Source: an uncultured Chthonomonadaceae bacterium
GTDB lineage: Bacteria; Armatimonadota; Chthonomonadetes; Chthonomonadales; Chthonomonadaceae
Length of the DNA stretch: 64,000 nt
Direction: 5' to 3'
Assembly: GCA_963817895.1 (NCBI GenBank)
Contig: CAWFQB010000003.1
Location: forward strand, 480,001 to 544,000
Shown here piece by piece: positions 53,695 through 63,676 of the stretch. The first letter of the stretch is position 1; each line of letters starts with the position of its first letter. A program made the translations under genes and the position numbers. Under the pieces are notes generated by a model, which did no database searches, was not told the DNA's origin, and saw only the letters and a program-made list of their open reading frames with translations.

Positions 53695-54663
53695 ATGCAC
53701 ATACCACGAATTGCGCTTACGCTCACCCTTTCCGCGCTTCTGCCCGCCACTTTCGGCTTCGCAAAGCCTGTCCATAAAGACGCCGCAGTGACGCACCGCG
53801 TACTCGCGCAGGACAAAGGCCATGTCGTAATTTTGAACGACAAGGGCGACGTGGAGTGGGAAGTACCCTGCCATTACACCTCTCACGACATTCAGATGCT
53901 GCCGAACGGCAACGTGCTGATCCATACCGGCGACACCACCATTGAAGAGATGACGCCGAGCAAGGTAGTGGTCTGGAAACACGTTTCCACGCCCAAAGAG
54001 GGATTCAACGGCCACGTTCAAATCCATGCCTTTGAGCGGCTCAAAGATGGTAATACGATGGTCGCGGAAACCGGCAACTTGCGCATTATCGAGGTGGACA
54101 AGAACGATAAAATCGTGCATGAAACCCCGATAACTGTAGACCATCCCAACGAACACCGCGACACGCGCCGGGTTCGCAAACTGGACAACGGCAATTATCT
54201 TGCCTGCCATGAGGGCGACGGCGTGGTGCGCGAATACGATCCGACCGGCAAAGTGGTCTGGTCCTACAAACTGGATTTGAACAGCAGGCCGGAAACTCCC
54301 GGACACGACGGACACGGAACCAATGTGTTCAACGCCATTCGCCTGAAAAACGGCAACACGCTCATCGGCGGCGGCAACAACAACCGCGTCATTGAGGTCA
54401 ACAAAGCGGGCGAAACCGTGTGGAGCGTGGATTACAATGAGCTTCCGGGGATTCATCTGTACTGGGTCACGGGTCTGCAAATGCTGCCCAACAACCATCT
54501 GGTCATCGGTAACACCCACGCCGGACCCGACAACCCCCAACTGATCGAAGTCACGCACGACAAAGAGAAAAAAGTCGTCTGGACCATGAAGAACATGACC
54601 TCCCTCGGCAACGACACCTGCGCCACCGAGATTCTGGACGTGAAGGGCAAAATACTGCGCTAA
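53695..54663 (+). CDS. Secreted beta-propeller protein (PQQ-like/arylsulfotransferase-like repeats)
   Basis: Signal peptide; repeated LPNGN.LI..IIEV...G.VVW units. Confidence 0.75.
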   Translation: MHIPRIALTLTLSALLPATFGFAKPVHKDAAVTHRVLAQDKGHVVILNDKGDVEWEVPCHYTSHDIQMLPNGNVLIHTGDTTIEEMTPSKVVVWKHVSTPKEGFNGHVQIHAFERLKDGNTMVAETGNLRIIEVDKNDKIVHETPITVDHPNEHRDTRRVRKLDNGNYLACHEGDGVVREYDPTGKVVWSYKLDLNSRPETPGHDGHGTNVFNAIRLKNGNTLIGGGNNNRVIEVNKAGETVWSVDYNELPGIHLYWVTGLQMLPNNHLVIGNTHAGPDNPQLIEVTHDKEKKVVWTMKNMTSLGNDTCATEILDVKGKILR

Positions 54664-54671
54664 CGGACTAT

Positions 54672-54810
54672 TACTCTGTCAAGGTAGACCAGTCAGGTAG
54701 GTGCGCTGCTTGCTGCGCCCTGCATTCCTCATTGCCGCGCCCCCGTTTGAGGAGGGTTCAGCAAGCAGAACCCCTACCTGACTGGTCTACTATCCTACCT
54801 TGACGGAGTA
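54672..54810. repeat. REPIN-like long inverted repeat
   Basis: TACTCTGTCAAGGTAG/CTACCTTGACGGAGTA outer arms, GTAGACCAGTCAGGTAG/CTACCTGACTGGTCTAC arms, inner GTAGG..CTGCTTGCTG / CAGCAAGCAG..CCTAC REP pair. Confidence 0.75.
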
Positions 54811-54961
54811 GCGCGTTATCAAAGTGTTACCGGGGCAGGAACCGCGCGGTTCCCGCCCCACTTCTGTTTACAAACCAAAGAGCGCGTTCCTGATGCCGAC
54901 AAATGCGGTTGTGGTTCGTATGCAAGCATACCTAAATCCACTTCATCAAAGGTTCAGCATC

Positions 54962-57523
54962 ATGGTAACAATCAAGCCACACCGTTGGGCATTTGCAACG
55001 ACCGGTTTCCCCGCCGCGCTTTCCATTCTTTCCACCGGGTTGCTGCTGCGCGCGTCCCTGTGTGTTCAAGCGCAGCAGGCGACACCGCCCGCCCCCCGCT
55101 CGTTTGAAGCGATTGCCGTTTCCACAGGCGAAATTCACTGCTACTGGCTTCCCGCATCTGGCGCAACCGGCTACCGGCTGACACGCGACGGGCAGACGAT
55201 TGCGTCTCTGCCTCCCACCGCGCAGGACTATGCCGATAAAAGCCTGTCCTCCAACACCGTCCATCACTATGCTATTATGGCCTTACAGGGCGAACTTGCT
55301 TCTACCCCCCGCGAAGATGTAGACTGCACGTTTACACCTTTCGGAGAAGACAGAAGACAGAAGACAGCAGGAAAGCCTTCATCCTTCATCCTTCATCCTT
55401 CATCCTTTGATGTTGTGATTGTACAGGCATCTTCGGGTGGAGTTGCCGCAGCGGTGGAGGCGGCGCGGCGGGGTCTGAAAGTGGCGCTTGTGGAGCCGAC
55501 AACCCGATTGGGCGGGATGCCTGTCAATGGCCTGAGTTCGACGGATATACGCCGGGATTATCACGCCAGCGGGTTTCTTGTCCGGTTCGCGGATCGCGTA
55601 AAGCAGTTGTACTCGCAGGAGGGCGTGAAAACGGACGGACTGCGCTATGAGCCGCGCATCGCCCACAACGCTATGAAGTCCCTTGTCTTCGAACAGCCGA
55701 ATATTACGGTTTTTCGCCATGCGCGGCTGTCGCGGGTAAAAACGGAGCGGAGCGCGATTACTTCCAATCGCAGGCGTGTCACTGCCGTTGAAATCGAGGA
55801 GATTGACGGGCAGAACAAGCCGACAGGCGGGCGTATGGAACTCGCCGCGCCCATGTTTATAGATGCGACGGATTGCGGCGATCTGGCCGCGCTTGCGGGC
55901 GCGAAGTTCCGGGTGGGGCGGGAAGCGCGTAGCAAGCGCGAACCGCACAACGGCGTGATCTATTACGACCGCGCCCGCGACAGTCCGCTTCCCGGCAGCA
56001 CGGGCGCAGGCGACAGACGGATACAATCCTACGCCTACCTGTTCGTGGTCAAGGATTATGGCCCGAATGTGGATAAAACCATACCGAAACCACCGGGTTA
56101 CAGACGCGAGGACTTTATCCACTCGCCCGCGTGGAAAGATTCGTGGGCGTTTACATCGGGCAAACTGCCACAGGGCAAGTATGAACTGAATCAGCATCCG
56201 CAGGGTGGCGACTTGCAGGAGATCAATTACGCCTACCCCACCGCCGATTACGCCACCCGCGACCGGATTGAACGGGAATATCGCGACCACGTATTGGGCT
56301 ACCTGTACTACATTCAAACCGAGCAGGGACAAAAGCAACTGGGCGCGCCGGATGATGAGTACCGCGACACCAATGGCTTTCCGCCCCTGCTGTATGTGCG
56401 CGAGGGTCGGCGTATTATTGGGGAGCAGTTGCCGGACGAGTCCGATGTGACCAATGCCCGCTCTTTTGTCCGCCCGGAAAGCGTCGGCATCGGCGATTAT
56501 CCGATGGACTCCCATGCCGTTCGCGTCAAAACCGATTGGGATCGCCCGGACATGGGCGAGGGCGAGTGGTGGCTGTACAAAGAAACGCCCTGGCATCAAC
56601 TGCCGCTCGGAATTCTAATTCCAAAAGGCTTGGATAACGTATGGGTCACAACGGCGGTATCGTCCACGCACGTCAGTTTCGGCACGTACCGTTTGGAGCC
56701 GGTACGCATGGAATTCGGGCAGGCGGCCGCGATTGGCGCATATTTAGGCATCCGGTATCACAAAATCGCCCGCGACGTTCCCGCCCGACAAATACAGGAT
56801 GAGATGCTGCCCCACGCCGCGAATCTCAATCCCGATCCCTCCCTGATGCTGTCGTACCTCTCAGACGTGAAGCCGACAACCCGCCACTACCGCGCCATTC
56901 AGTACCTCGTCTCGCGGGGCTTTACCTTTGGGGAAGAGACTTTCAAACCCGACGCGCCCACAACCGGCAAAGAACTGGCGCAGATGCTGCAAAAACTGAC
57001 GGAACGCGCCGCGCCGTCAGAGCAGCCGTTGGGAAGCGTAGAGTTGGGAAATGGAATGACCCTGCAAACTGTTGTACGCGGCTATTATCCGTACATGGGC
57101 GCAGCCGCCGATTTCAATGCCGCGCGCGAGTGCCTGCAAACGCTGAATACCGACACGCCGATAACGCGCCATGACGCGGCAAACTGGCTGATGCGCGTCC
57201 TGAACTGGCAAACGCCCCGCATCGCCGGAGCCACACACTACGCCGATGTGGACGCGAATACCTCTACCGCAGCGGAAACGCTCTACGACCACAACATCAC
57301 TTCGGAGTTGTGGGACGGGTTGGGACACCGAACCCCGGAAGACAGGCTGCTGTTCAAGCCGGACGCGCCCCTCTCTCACGCCGATCTATTCGCCGCCCTG
57401 TATCTGGCCCAAATTGGGCTTGGCCCTCTGTTCAACGACAACCCCGTAGACGGCAGAAACGGCTTTCCTGTGCCGCCCGCCGTTTATCAGACCGTGACCA
57501 AAGAAGCCGTAAGAGGCAGTTGA
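54962..57523 (+). CDS. Secreted FAD-dependent oxidoreductase with an N-terminal Fn3-like and a C-terminal SLH-like region
   Basis: GGVAAAVEAARRG, FIDATDCGDLA, LYVREGRRI, YRLEPVRM; ATGYRLTRDG..YADKSL; LSDVK..HYRAIQYL..FKPDAP. Confidence 0.82.
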   Translation: MVTIKPHRWAFATTGFPAALSILSTGLLLRASLCVQAQQATPPAPRSFEAIAVSTGEIHCYWLPASGATGYRLTRDGQTIASLPPTAQDYADKSLSSNTVHHYAIMALQGELASTPREDVDCTFTPFGEDRRQKTAGKPSSFILHPSSFDVVIVQASSGGVAAAVEAARRGLKVALVEPTTRLGGMPVNGLSSTDIRRDYHASGFLVRFADRVKQLYSQEGVKTDGLRYEPRIAHNAMKSLVFEQPNITVFRHARLSRVKTERSAITSNRRRVTAVEIEEIDGQNKPTGGRMELAAPMFIDATDCGDLAALAGAKFRVGREARSKREPHNGVIYYDRARDSPLPGSTGAGDRRIQSYAYLFVVKDYGPNVDKTIPKPPGYRREDFIHSPAWKDSWAFTSGKLPQGKYELNQHPQGGDLQEINYAYPTADYATRDRIEREYRDHVLGYLYYIQTEQGQKQLGAPDDEYRDTNGFPPLLYVREGRRIIGEQLPDESDVTNARSFVRPESVGIGDYPMDSHAVRVKTDWDRPDMGEGEWWLYKETPWHQLPLGILIPKGLDNVWVTTAVSSTHVSFGTYRLEPVRMEFGQAAAIGAYLGIRYHKIARDVPARQIQDEMLPHAANLNPDPSLMLSYLSDVKPTTRHYRAIQYLVSRGFTFGEETFKPDAPTTGKELAQMLQKLTERAAPSEQPLGSVELGNGMTLQTVVRGYYPYMGAAADFNAARECLQTLNTDTPITRHDAANWLMRVLNWQTPRIAGATHYADVDANTSTAAETLYDHNITSELWDGLGHRTPEDRLLFKPDAPLSHADLFAALYLAQIGLGPLFNDNPVDGRNGFPVPPAVYQTVTKEAVRGS

Positions 57524-57549
57524 CAACCACCAGAGAAGCGTTTGATTAA

Positions 57550-57683
57550 GAGACTCTCACGAAAATAACTGTTCCAGTCCGCGCAGGCGGACTTTGTTAC
57601 CGGGCGTCCACCCGCAGGGAAGGACACAGCCGCGCAATTTATTGCACGGACTCACGCGGAACGATTTAATCTTTGAGAGTCCC
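57550..57683. mobile_element. MITE-like element (134 bp) with TAA duplication, inserted in a terminator loop
   Basis: TAA-GAGACTCTCA...TGAGAGTCCC-TAA; outer arms ACAACCACCAGAGA / TCTCTGGTGATTGT. Confidence 0.6.
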
Positions 57684-57722
57684 TAACTCTCTGGTGATTG
57701 TACAGGAAGAGTGAGAAGCCGT

Positions 57723-59306
57723 TTAGCGTGATAGGAACACGGCTTTGTTTGTTGCGGGTTTGTTCTGTGACGCGGCGACGCTGTTGGTGAGTCTGTTGAT
57801 GGCCGCGAGTTCCTGCTGCTGCGCTTGCTTTAAGGCGGACAATTCCGCTCGTTGGGCTTGCAGGGCAACGTTTTGCTTTTCGACGACAGCTTTCAGCGCG
57901 GCGATTTCTTCAGCCTGCTTCGTTTTCATTGTTTCCTGCTGTTTGTGAGCCTTCTGAAGTTCATTGAGGATCATGGGCGTGAGCAGGTGATAGTAGATGG
58001 TGAAGGGCTTACCGAATTTGTCGTACTGCACGAGGTCAGGGTACACCTTCGCCACCTCTTCGGCAATCAAGCCGTACTGCTGCGGGCGCGTTCCATCGGC
58101 TGCGGCCTGTTTGTAGCGGAAGGCGACGGGACGCAACTGCATCAGCTTGTCACTGGTACTGCCTATGTCCTGAATGTTGGTCTTAAAGCGGCGCGACGAG
58201 GTAATCGTTCCCAGTTGCCCGTTGCCATTGATGTAGACGGGAACGCCGTTGCCAATGTTGACGCCGTTCACACCGGCAACGAGGGTCGCGTTGTGAACGC
58301 CCGCCGAACCAATGCGGATGATGCCGGTTTCTCCGGCTGCGCCGGCATTGCCGATGTCAATGTTGTTGTGGCCGACCGTAAGGTTCTGGCCCGCGCCGAA
58401 GCCGATGGCGATGTTGTTGTTGCCCGTCGTGCTGGTATACAGCGCATAGTCGCCCAGAGCGGTGTTGTACGCGCCGGTAGTGTTTGCCGCCAGAGCATTC
58501 ACGCCACTCGCCATGTTGTAGTATCCGGTGTTGTTTCGGCTCAGAGCATTGATGCCGAAGGCGCAGTTTTGGTAGCCATTGGAGTTTAATCCTAAAGCGG
58601 CCTGTCCAACCGCCGTATTCGCGTATCCTATCAGGTTTAAGGAGAGAGCAGAGTAGCCGACAGCAACGTTATAAGAGCCGGTATTGTTGCTGCCAAGCGC
58701 GTAGGAACCGACCGCTGTGTTCAGGGAACCTTCGCCATTCCATTGCAGAGCGTAACTGCCGACAGCGGTGTTGCTGCTTCCTGTCGGGTTTCCGATGGGA
58801 TTGCCGTTGTCCGGTGTCGAACTGGAAAGAGCGAAAAGACCAACCGCTGTGTTCGCGCTGCCTGTGGTGAGCCGGGCCATCGCTCCTGACCCGTAAGCCG
58901 TGTTGGAGCTTCCGGTGGTATTGTTGTAGAGCGCCGAACCCCCGCCCGCCGTATTGTAATTACCCGTCGTATTGGACGCGAGGGCGTTTACGCCAAAAGC
59001 AGAGTTGTCGAAACCTGTTGTGTTGGAAAACAGAGCCATCGCGCCGGTCGCGGTGTTGGAGTACCCTGTCGTATTTGCCGGAAGCGCCTGCAAACCGAGG
59101 GCCGTATTCTGGGTTCCCTCGGTATTGTTGGACAGAGCCTGGTAGCCAAAAGCCAGGTTGGGCGTGTTTGTAGCCGGGTTGGTGGCGCCACCCGAACCGA
59201 AGAAAGTGGATTGTGCCAGCGCTACCAGGGGTACGAGGAGCAGACCCGACACGAGCGCGCCTTTCAGCAGGCGAGTGGAACGGGAGGGACGCGAATCAGG
59301 ATTCAT
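57723..59306 (-). CDS. Secreted repeat protein with a C-terminal Peptidase_S74 (intramolecular chaperone) domain and coiled coil
   Basis: AAGGAG RBS; signal peptide; 14-aa NTA.G..AL..NTTG repeats; SSRRFKTNI..LRPVAFRYK..YGLIAEEV. Confidence 0.85.
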   Translation of the reverse strand: MNPDSRPSRSTRLLKGALVSGLLLVPLVALAQSTFFGSGGATNPATNTPNLAFGYQALSNNTEGTQNTALGLQALPANTTGYSNTATGAMALFSNTTGFDNSAFGVNALASNTTGNYNTAGGGSALYNNTTGSSNTAYGSGAMARLTTGSANTAVGLFALSSSTPDNGNPIGNPTGSSNTAVGSYALQWNGEGSLNTAVGSYALGSNNTGSYNVAVGYSALSLNLIGYANTAVGQAALGLNSNGYQNCAFGINALSRNNTGYYNMASGVNALAANTTGAYNTALGDYALYTSTTGNNNIAIGFGAGQNLTVGHNNIDIGNAGAAGETGIIRIGSAGVHNATLVAGVNGVNIGNGVPVYINGNGQLGTITSSRRFKTNIQDIGSTSDKLMQLRPVAFRYKQAAADGTRPQQYGLIAEEVAKVYPDLVQYDKFGKPFTIYYHLLTPMILNELQKAHKQQETMKTKQAEEIAALKAVVEKQNVALQAQRAELSALKQAQQQELAAINRLTNSVAASQNKPATNKAVFLSR

Positions 59307-59339
59307 GAGCAACTCCTTCGCGGATTGGAAAAAGTCCGC

Positions 59340-59442
59340 GTAAACACAGAATGGACAAATCACATAAATATTGAACGATGATGAGAGGGATTCCTGCCAC
59401 TCAAGGTCCAACTTTTATGCGATTTGTCCATTCTGTGTTTAC
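59340..59442. repeat. 29-bp inverted repeat (1 mismatch) with a 45-bp spacer upstream of the S74 gene
   Basis: GTAAACACAGAATGGACAAATCACATAAA (59340-59368) versus 59414-59442. Confidence 0.85.
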
Positions 59443-59601
59443 AGATTATGGCGGCGAAGTCTGCGGACACAGACACCGACTTTGCTGCTGTCAATCTTGT
59501 ATTCAGGTTCCTATCCCGATAGGTTCCCCTTCTCCCAAAGTTGGGAGAAGGGGTATGTCCACAAGTGGATGCCATCCATTGAGGGCCATCAGGATAGTCT
59601 C

Positions 59602-60327
59602 TTAGTTGTTCGCGCCCGCGCCGCCTGCCGGGGGCGCGGTTCCCGTATCCGCGTGTTCCTTATCGTATTTGTCTATTTGCGCGCGCTGTTCGGGCGTGAG
59701 CAGGGCCAGAATCTTATCCCGGTTCTCCTTCAGCATCGCGCGGCGCTGTTCGCCCGTCATGGCTGTACCCGCCTGCTGCGCGTCGCGGGTTTTCTGCCGC
59801 ATGGAACGCTGATTTTGCGTCGCCTGCTCCGCGATTTTCTGCCTCTGCTCGTCGGTCAATTTCAAATCCGCCATCAGCGCGAGGGGCAGGCCGGAACGCT
59901 GATACACGCCGACATTCCGCTTGAAGTCCGGCAGCATCTTTTTCTGGTCGTCAGTCAGAATCGCTTCGATGTCGGCATCGGCTTTGTTGGTCATGTCGAG
60001 CCGTTTGCCATTGGCTTCGCGCACGGCAGCCGCGTTCCCCTGCTGATCGGGCGGCAGCACGAGCGTCTTGTAGTCCGCCGCGCGTTTATCCAACACCGCC
60101 TGAACTTTCGTCTTCTGGTCGTCGCTCAATTTCAGCGTCTGATCCATCTGCGCGATGGACAGATCGGACACATGCACGACCTGCGCGGCCTGCCTGCGCT
60201 GCGCGGCGTTCGCGGGCGGCTGCGCCCCCACTGTGGTTTGCCCATTGTCCTGCGCCCACGCGCCTGTGCTTCCCAACGTTAAAGTCAATGTCGCCAAACC
60301 GAATAATCCTGATATTTTCGTTCTCAT
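59602..60327 (-). CDS. Periplasmic Spy/CpxP-like protein (LTxxQ motifs)
   Basis: Signal peptide; LSDDQK, LTDDQK, LTDEQR, LTPEQR. Confidence 0.72.
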   Translation of the reverse strand: MRTKISGLFGLATLTLTLGSTGAWAQDNGQTTVGAQPPANAAQRRQAAQVVHVSDLSIAQMDQTLKLSDDQKTKVQAVLDKRAADYKTLVLPPDQQGNAAAVREANGKRLDMTNKADADIEAILTDDQKKMLPDFKRNVGVYQRSGLPLALMADLKLTDEQRQKIAEQATQNQRSMRQKTRDAQQAGTAMTGEQRRAMLKENRDKILALLTPEQRAQIDKYDKEHADTGTAPPAGGAGANN

Positions 60328-60614
60328 ATCTTTCCCTTTCTAAAAACCAGTCTCACAAGTCCGCCAGAATCCTCTCCAGCTTGCTCTCTTTTCCGTTACG
60401 CCCATACCATACAATCGTTCTCAACGTTGTCGAGATTCGGACATTCAGACATTCTTATGCCACCTGAAATTTTTATTAAATTATTAAAAATATAACTTTT
60501 AACTAGCATAAATAACGCCGGACAAGGTATACTATCCGAGCAGGCATAATATCATCCTGATTGTCATGCGCGTTCAAGGCAAACCACGCCGCTAAAATTC
60601 ACCGGAGTCTGACC

Positions 60615-63045
60615 ATGTCCCTTAATCTGGACTTCCTCAACCAACAAATCGCGCGCGCCTGGCCTTTTCTGGTCAGTCAGATTACGAGCGATTTGCAAGC
60701 CTCACTAACAAAAGCCAAACTCGGCGCCCTTACGTTGAGCAATGTGGAATCCGTGTTTTATCTGGACGATGTTCCCGGCTTTACCCGCCTCGATTTAACG
60801 AATGTGAGTCTGGCCGCGCCCCTGAACACGTCTGCCGCGTCCAAACGCTGGAAACTGCAAATCACCGGAAATCTCAACGGCAGCATACTCACATCCGTTG
60901 GCGCGAATTTCACCAGTGTTACCAACAAGCCGTTCACGCTTACCGTCAGCAATTTTCAGGTCGGCATTACGGGCGACATTGATCCGGCGGGCGAACCCGT
61001 GCCGCATGTAAAATCGCTCAAATTGGCGCTGTCGCTCGACATTGAGATGCACAGCCAGGGCAAGCCCATTTTTAGCGTTACCATGCAGGGCAGCGGCGCT
61101 TCGCAGGCATGGACCTCAATCCCCGGACACGGCGAAACGCTTGACAGTCTCTCGGCAGAAGTAAAACTGCACTTAGGGCCACTGGTTGATAAATTTGATA
61201 CCGTAGAAGCGAGCGCCACGCTGGTATTTGACCCCTCCGCGCGCCCCGACAAACCGAGCGACAAGCCGCAAATGCTGAAACTGACCAACATCAAAGCGCA
61301 GGGCGTCATCAAACTGGCCGACGTGATTCTCTCAACTCCGGCGAATATCGTGGACCTGTTTCAGCGTATCGGAGCCGGAACCCTGCCCATCGTCTGGCCG
61401 CCGGAAGGTTCTCGCCCGGACCCCCATCCTGCCCTGCCCAATACCTTTCCATTTCCCAACCCCCTGCTCCGACAGGGCGCGGACGAGATAGAACAGTCAA
61501 CTCCCAAACACGCGCCGCGCGGCTGCGTTTTCAATACTACCTACCAAAACGTAGCAGACCCGGCCAGTCTGCAATTCTATTGGGGGGAACGCGATTCGGC
61601 TATCTGGACAGGACACTATCTGGCGGCGGAAGCGTTTCACTATGCCGCAACGACGGGGGTGGACCGCCAGACCGCGCTCACGCAGGCCGGGGCCATTCTG
61701 GAGGGTATTGAACGTCTGTTTCAGGTTCCCGAAATGTCCGTCAACGCGCAGAAGGCTGCGGACCCTGCCGCGCCTCCGAATCCGTGTGATGCGCTGCTGC
61801 CCCTGCAACAGGTGAGCGTGAAAGGGCTGATGTGTCGCGCCGTACTGCCGCTGAATGAAGTAACACGAACTCTGCCGCCCTTCAATGCGCCTACGACGCC
61901 ACCGTTCAATTCGCCTGCGCCGCCGCCCGCAGGGTCGCTGCCGGACTGCTTTCCGAAGCCGCAAAACGCGCAGGAGGCGCAACAGGCGCAGGCCGCGCAG
62001 AACGCGAAGCAGTTCAACTATTACAGTGGGAGCGTCGAGTCTGGGGGGAACGCAATGGTTCGGCTTCGGGCGCGACAACGACCCGCCGAGCCGCGACCAA
62101 CTCATCGGCGTAATGCTGGGACTGGGGTGCGCCTACAAACTGATTGACGACACGGCTCTGCGGACGCGCATCAAGCCTCTGGTATCCAATCTGCTTTCGT
62201 ACCTGATCGTCAACAACTGGAACTATCCCACGCCTTCCGGGCGTCTGGATGGTCACGCGCCCCGGTTGCCGACGCGCGTTCTCACTTCCTTCCAACCCTT
62301 CTACATTCATCAGCAGCTTGCGTTTCTGATTGTCGGCAAAATGGTGGACGAAACCAAATTCGGCGCGTTTTACGATGAGGCGGCGCATCATCTTTCCGGC
62401 TTTACCTGGTTTCCTATCTGGACGGACTGCCTTGAGCCGGTCACCCACTACTTCAAGTACAATCTGCACTTTGCCTGCATGGCGCTGCTGCTGTTCCTGG
62501 AAACCAGTAAGCCGCAGTACGATGATTACCTGTTCGCCACGAAGATGCTGCGCAAGACGGTCGGGCATCATCGCAACGCTTATTTCAACCTGTTGTGGAT
62601 ACTGGGGCAGAAAGATACTCAACAGTTAAAGGAACTTCAACAGCCGGCAGGCTATCAGGACTCCAATGCCGGAAACGTCGTGGATGTGGCGCAGGAGACC
62701 CGCATCCTCCTGTCCATGTGGCTGGAACGCCGCCGCATAACGCCAGGACCCAATAACCTGTTGCTTCAGAAAACGCCCTGGCCTGAATACCTGCGCGACC
62801 TGTTTCAAACCGAGCGCACGCGCGCATACAGCGCGCTTGGCTCCGATCCCATAGAGCTGGCCGACTTCCCCCTGCCGGTAGATAAGCGTCCCGGGCTGGA
62901 CCTGGATTTCATGTGGCAGCGTAGTCCGTTTCTAACTGATCTCATGCCCGGGGGACAAGTCGGCAAGGATTGCCCCGATACCGAGTCGCCCGGGGTAGAC
63001 TATCTGCTCGCCTACTGGCTGGCAGCGTATCTCAAAGTCGTCTGA
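60615..63045 (+). CDS. Large hypothetical protein: beta-rich N-terminal domain plus probable alpha/alpha-toroid C-terminal domain (frameshift in the G run near 62045)
   Basis: ORFs 60561-62147 and 61885-63045 join; DSAIWTGHYLAAEAF, SRDQLIG, WQRSPF and PGVDYLLAYWL motifs; no signal peptide. Confidence 0.65.
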
Positions 63046-63064
63046 CAACACAGGAGCCGCACCA

Positions 63065-63676
63065 ATGGCAACTCCCAATCCGAATGTGCAACGCGCGATC
63101 ACGCAACTGGTGAATTGGTTCAAGGATTTAGAAACGCTTTACGTCATTGTCAAAGGAATTGCTCCTACAGATGCCGGAGCTAATCTGCCCGCGTTTGCCC
63201 GTACAAATCTTGGCATAATTTGCCAGGGGGCGCCCCTGCAATGCCCCGGCAACAAAAATACAGTGGGAAAGGGGTGTATAGATCGTCACCTCGTACCCCT
63301 TGACTCGGAGCATACACGAGACAAACTGGTGAGTCGGATGGAGAATCTGAATCAGACGTTTCTGCAGTTGCTGGGAACCCTCAAAGGCTCACCTGTGGAG
63401 GGCTTGTTTCTCGAATTGTTCCGGCAACTGACATTTCAATTCAGGCCAGAGTGCAGTGACGCGCTGTTTTCTTTCGCGAATCCGGATTTTGCCGTTCTCG
63501 CCAGTCATACTCTGCTGCCGGACGCCGGACGCGCGGCCTTTCTGAACATCGTCAACACGGATTTACATCCCTTTCTGCTGCCCTTCAACACCGGTCCGCA
63601 TCATATTTTCGATACGCCGGGTCGAAAGGTCGCGGAAGAGATCAATTTGCTGCTTGGTAAGGAGATCATGGCATGA
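63065..63676 (+). CDS. Hypothetical protein
   Basis: AGGAG RBS, 203-aa ORF, ATGA overlap with the next gene. Confidence 0.65.
   Translation: MATPNPNVQRAITQLVNWFKDLETLYVIVKGIAPTDAGANLPAFARTNLGIICQGAPLQCPGNKNTVGKGCIDRHLVPLDSEHTRDKLVSRMENLNQTFLQLLGTLKGSPVEGLFLELFRQLTFQFRPECSDALFSFANPDFAVLASHTLLPDAGRAAFLNIVNTDLHPFLLPFNTGPHHIFDTPGRKVAEEINLLLGKEIMA

Noticed and set aside
57723..59306. Prophage remnant
   Set aside because: No other phage genes, integrase or att site; the protein has a signal peptide
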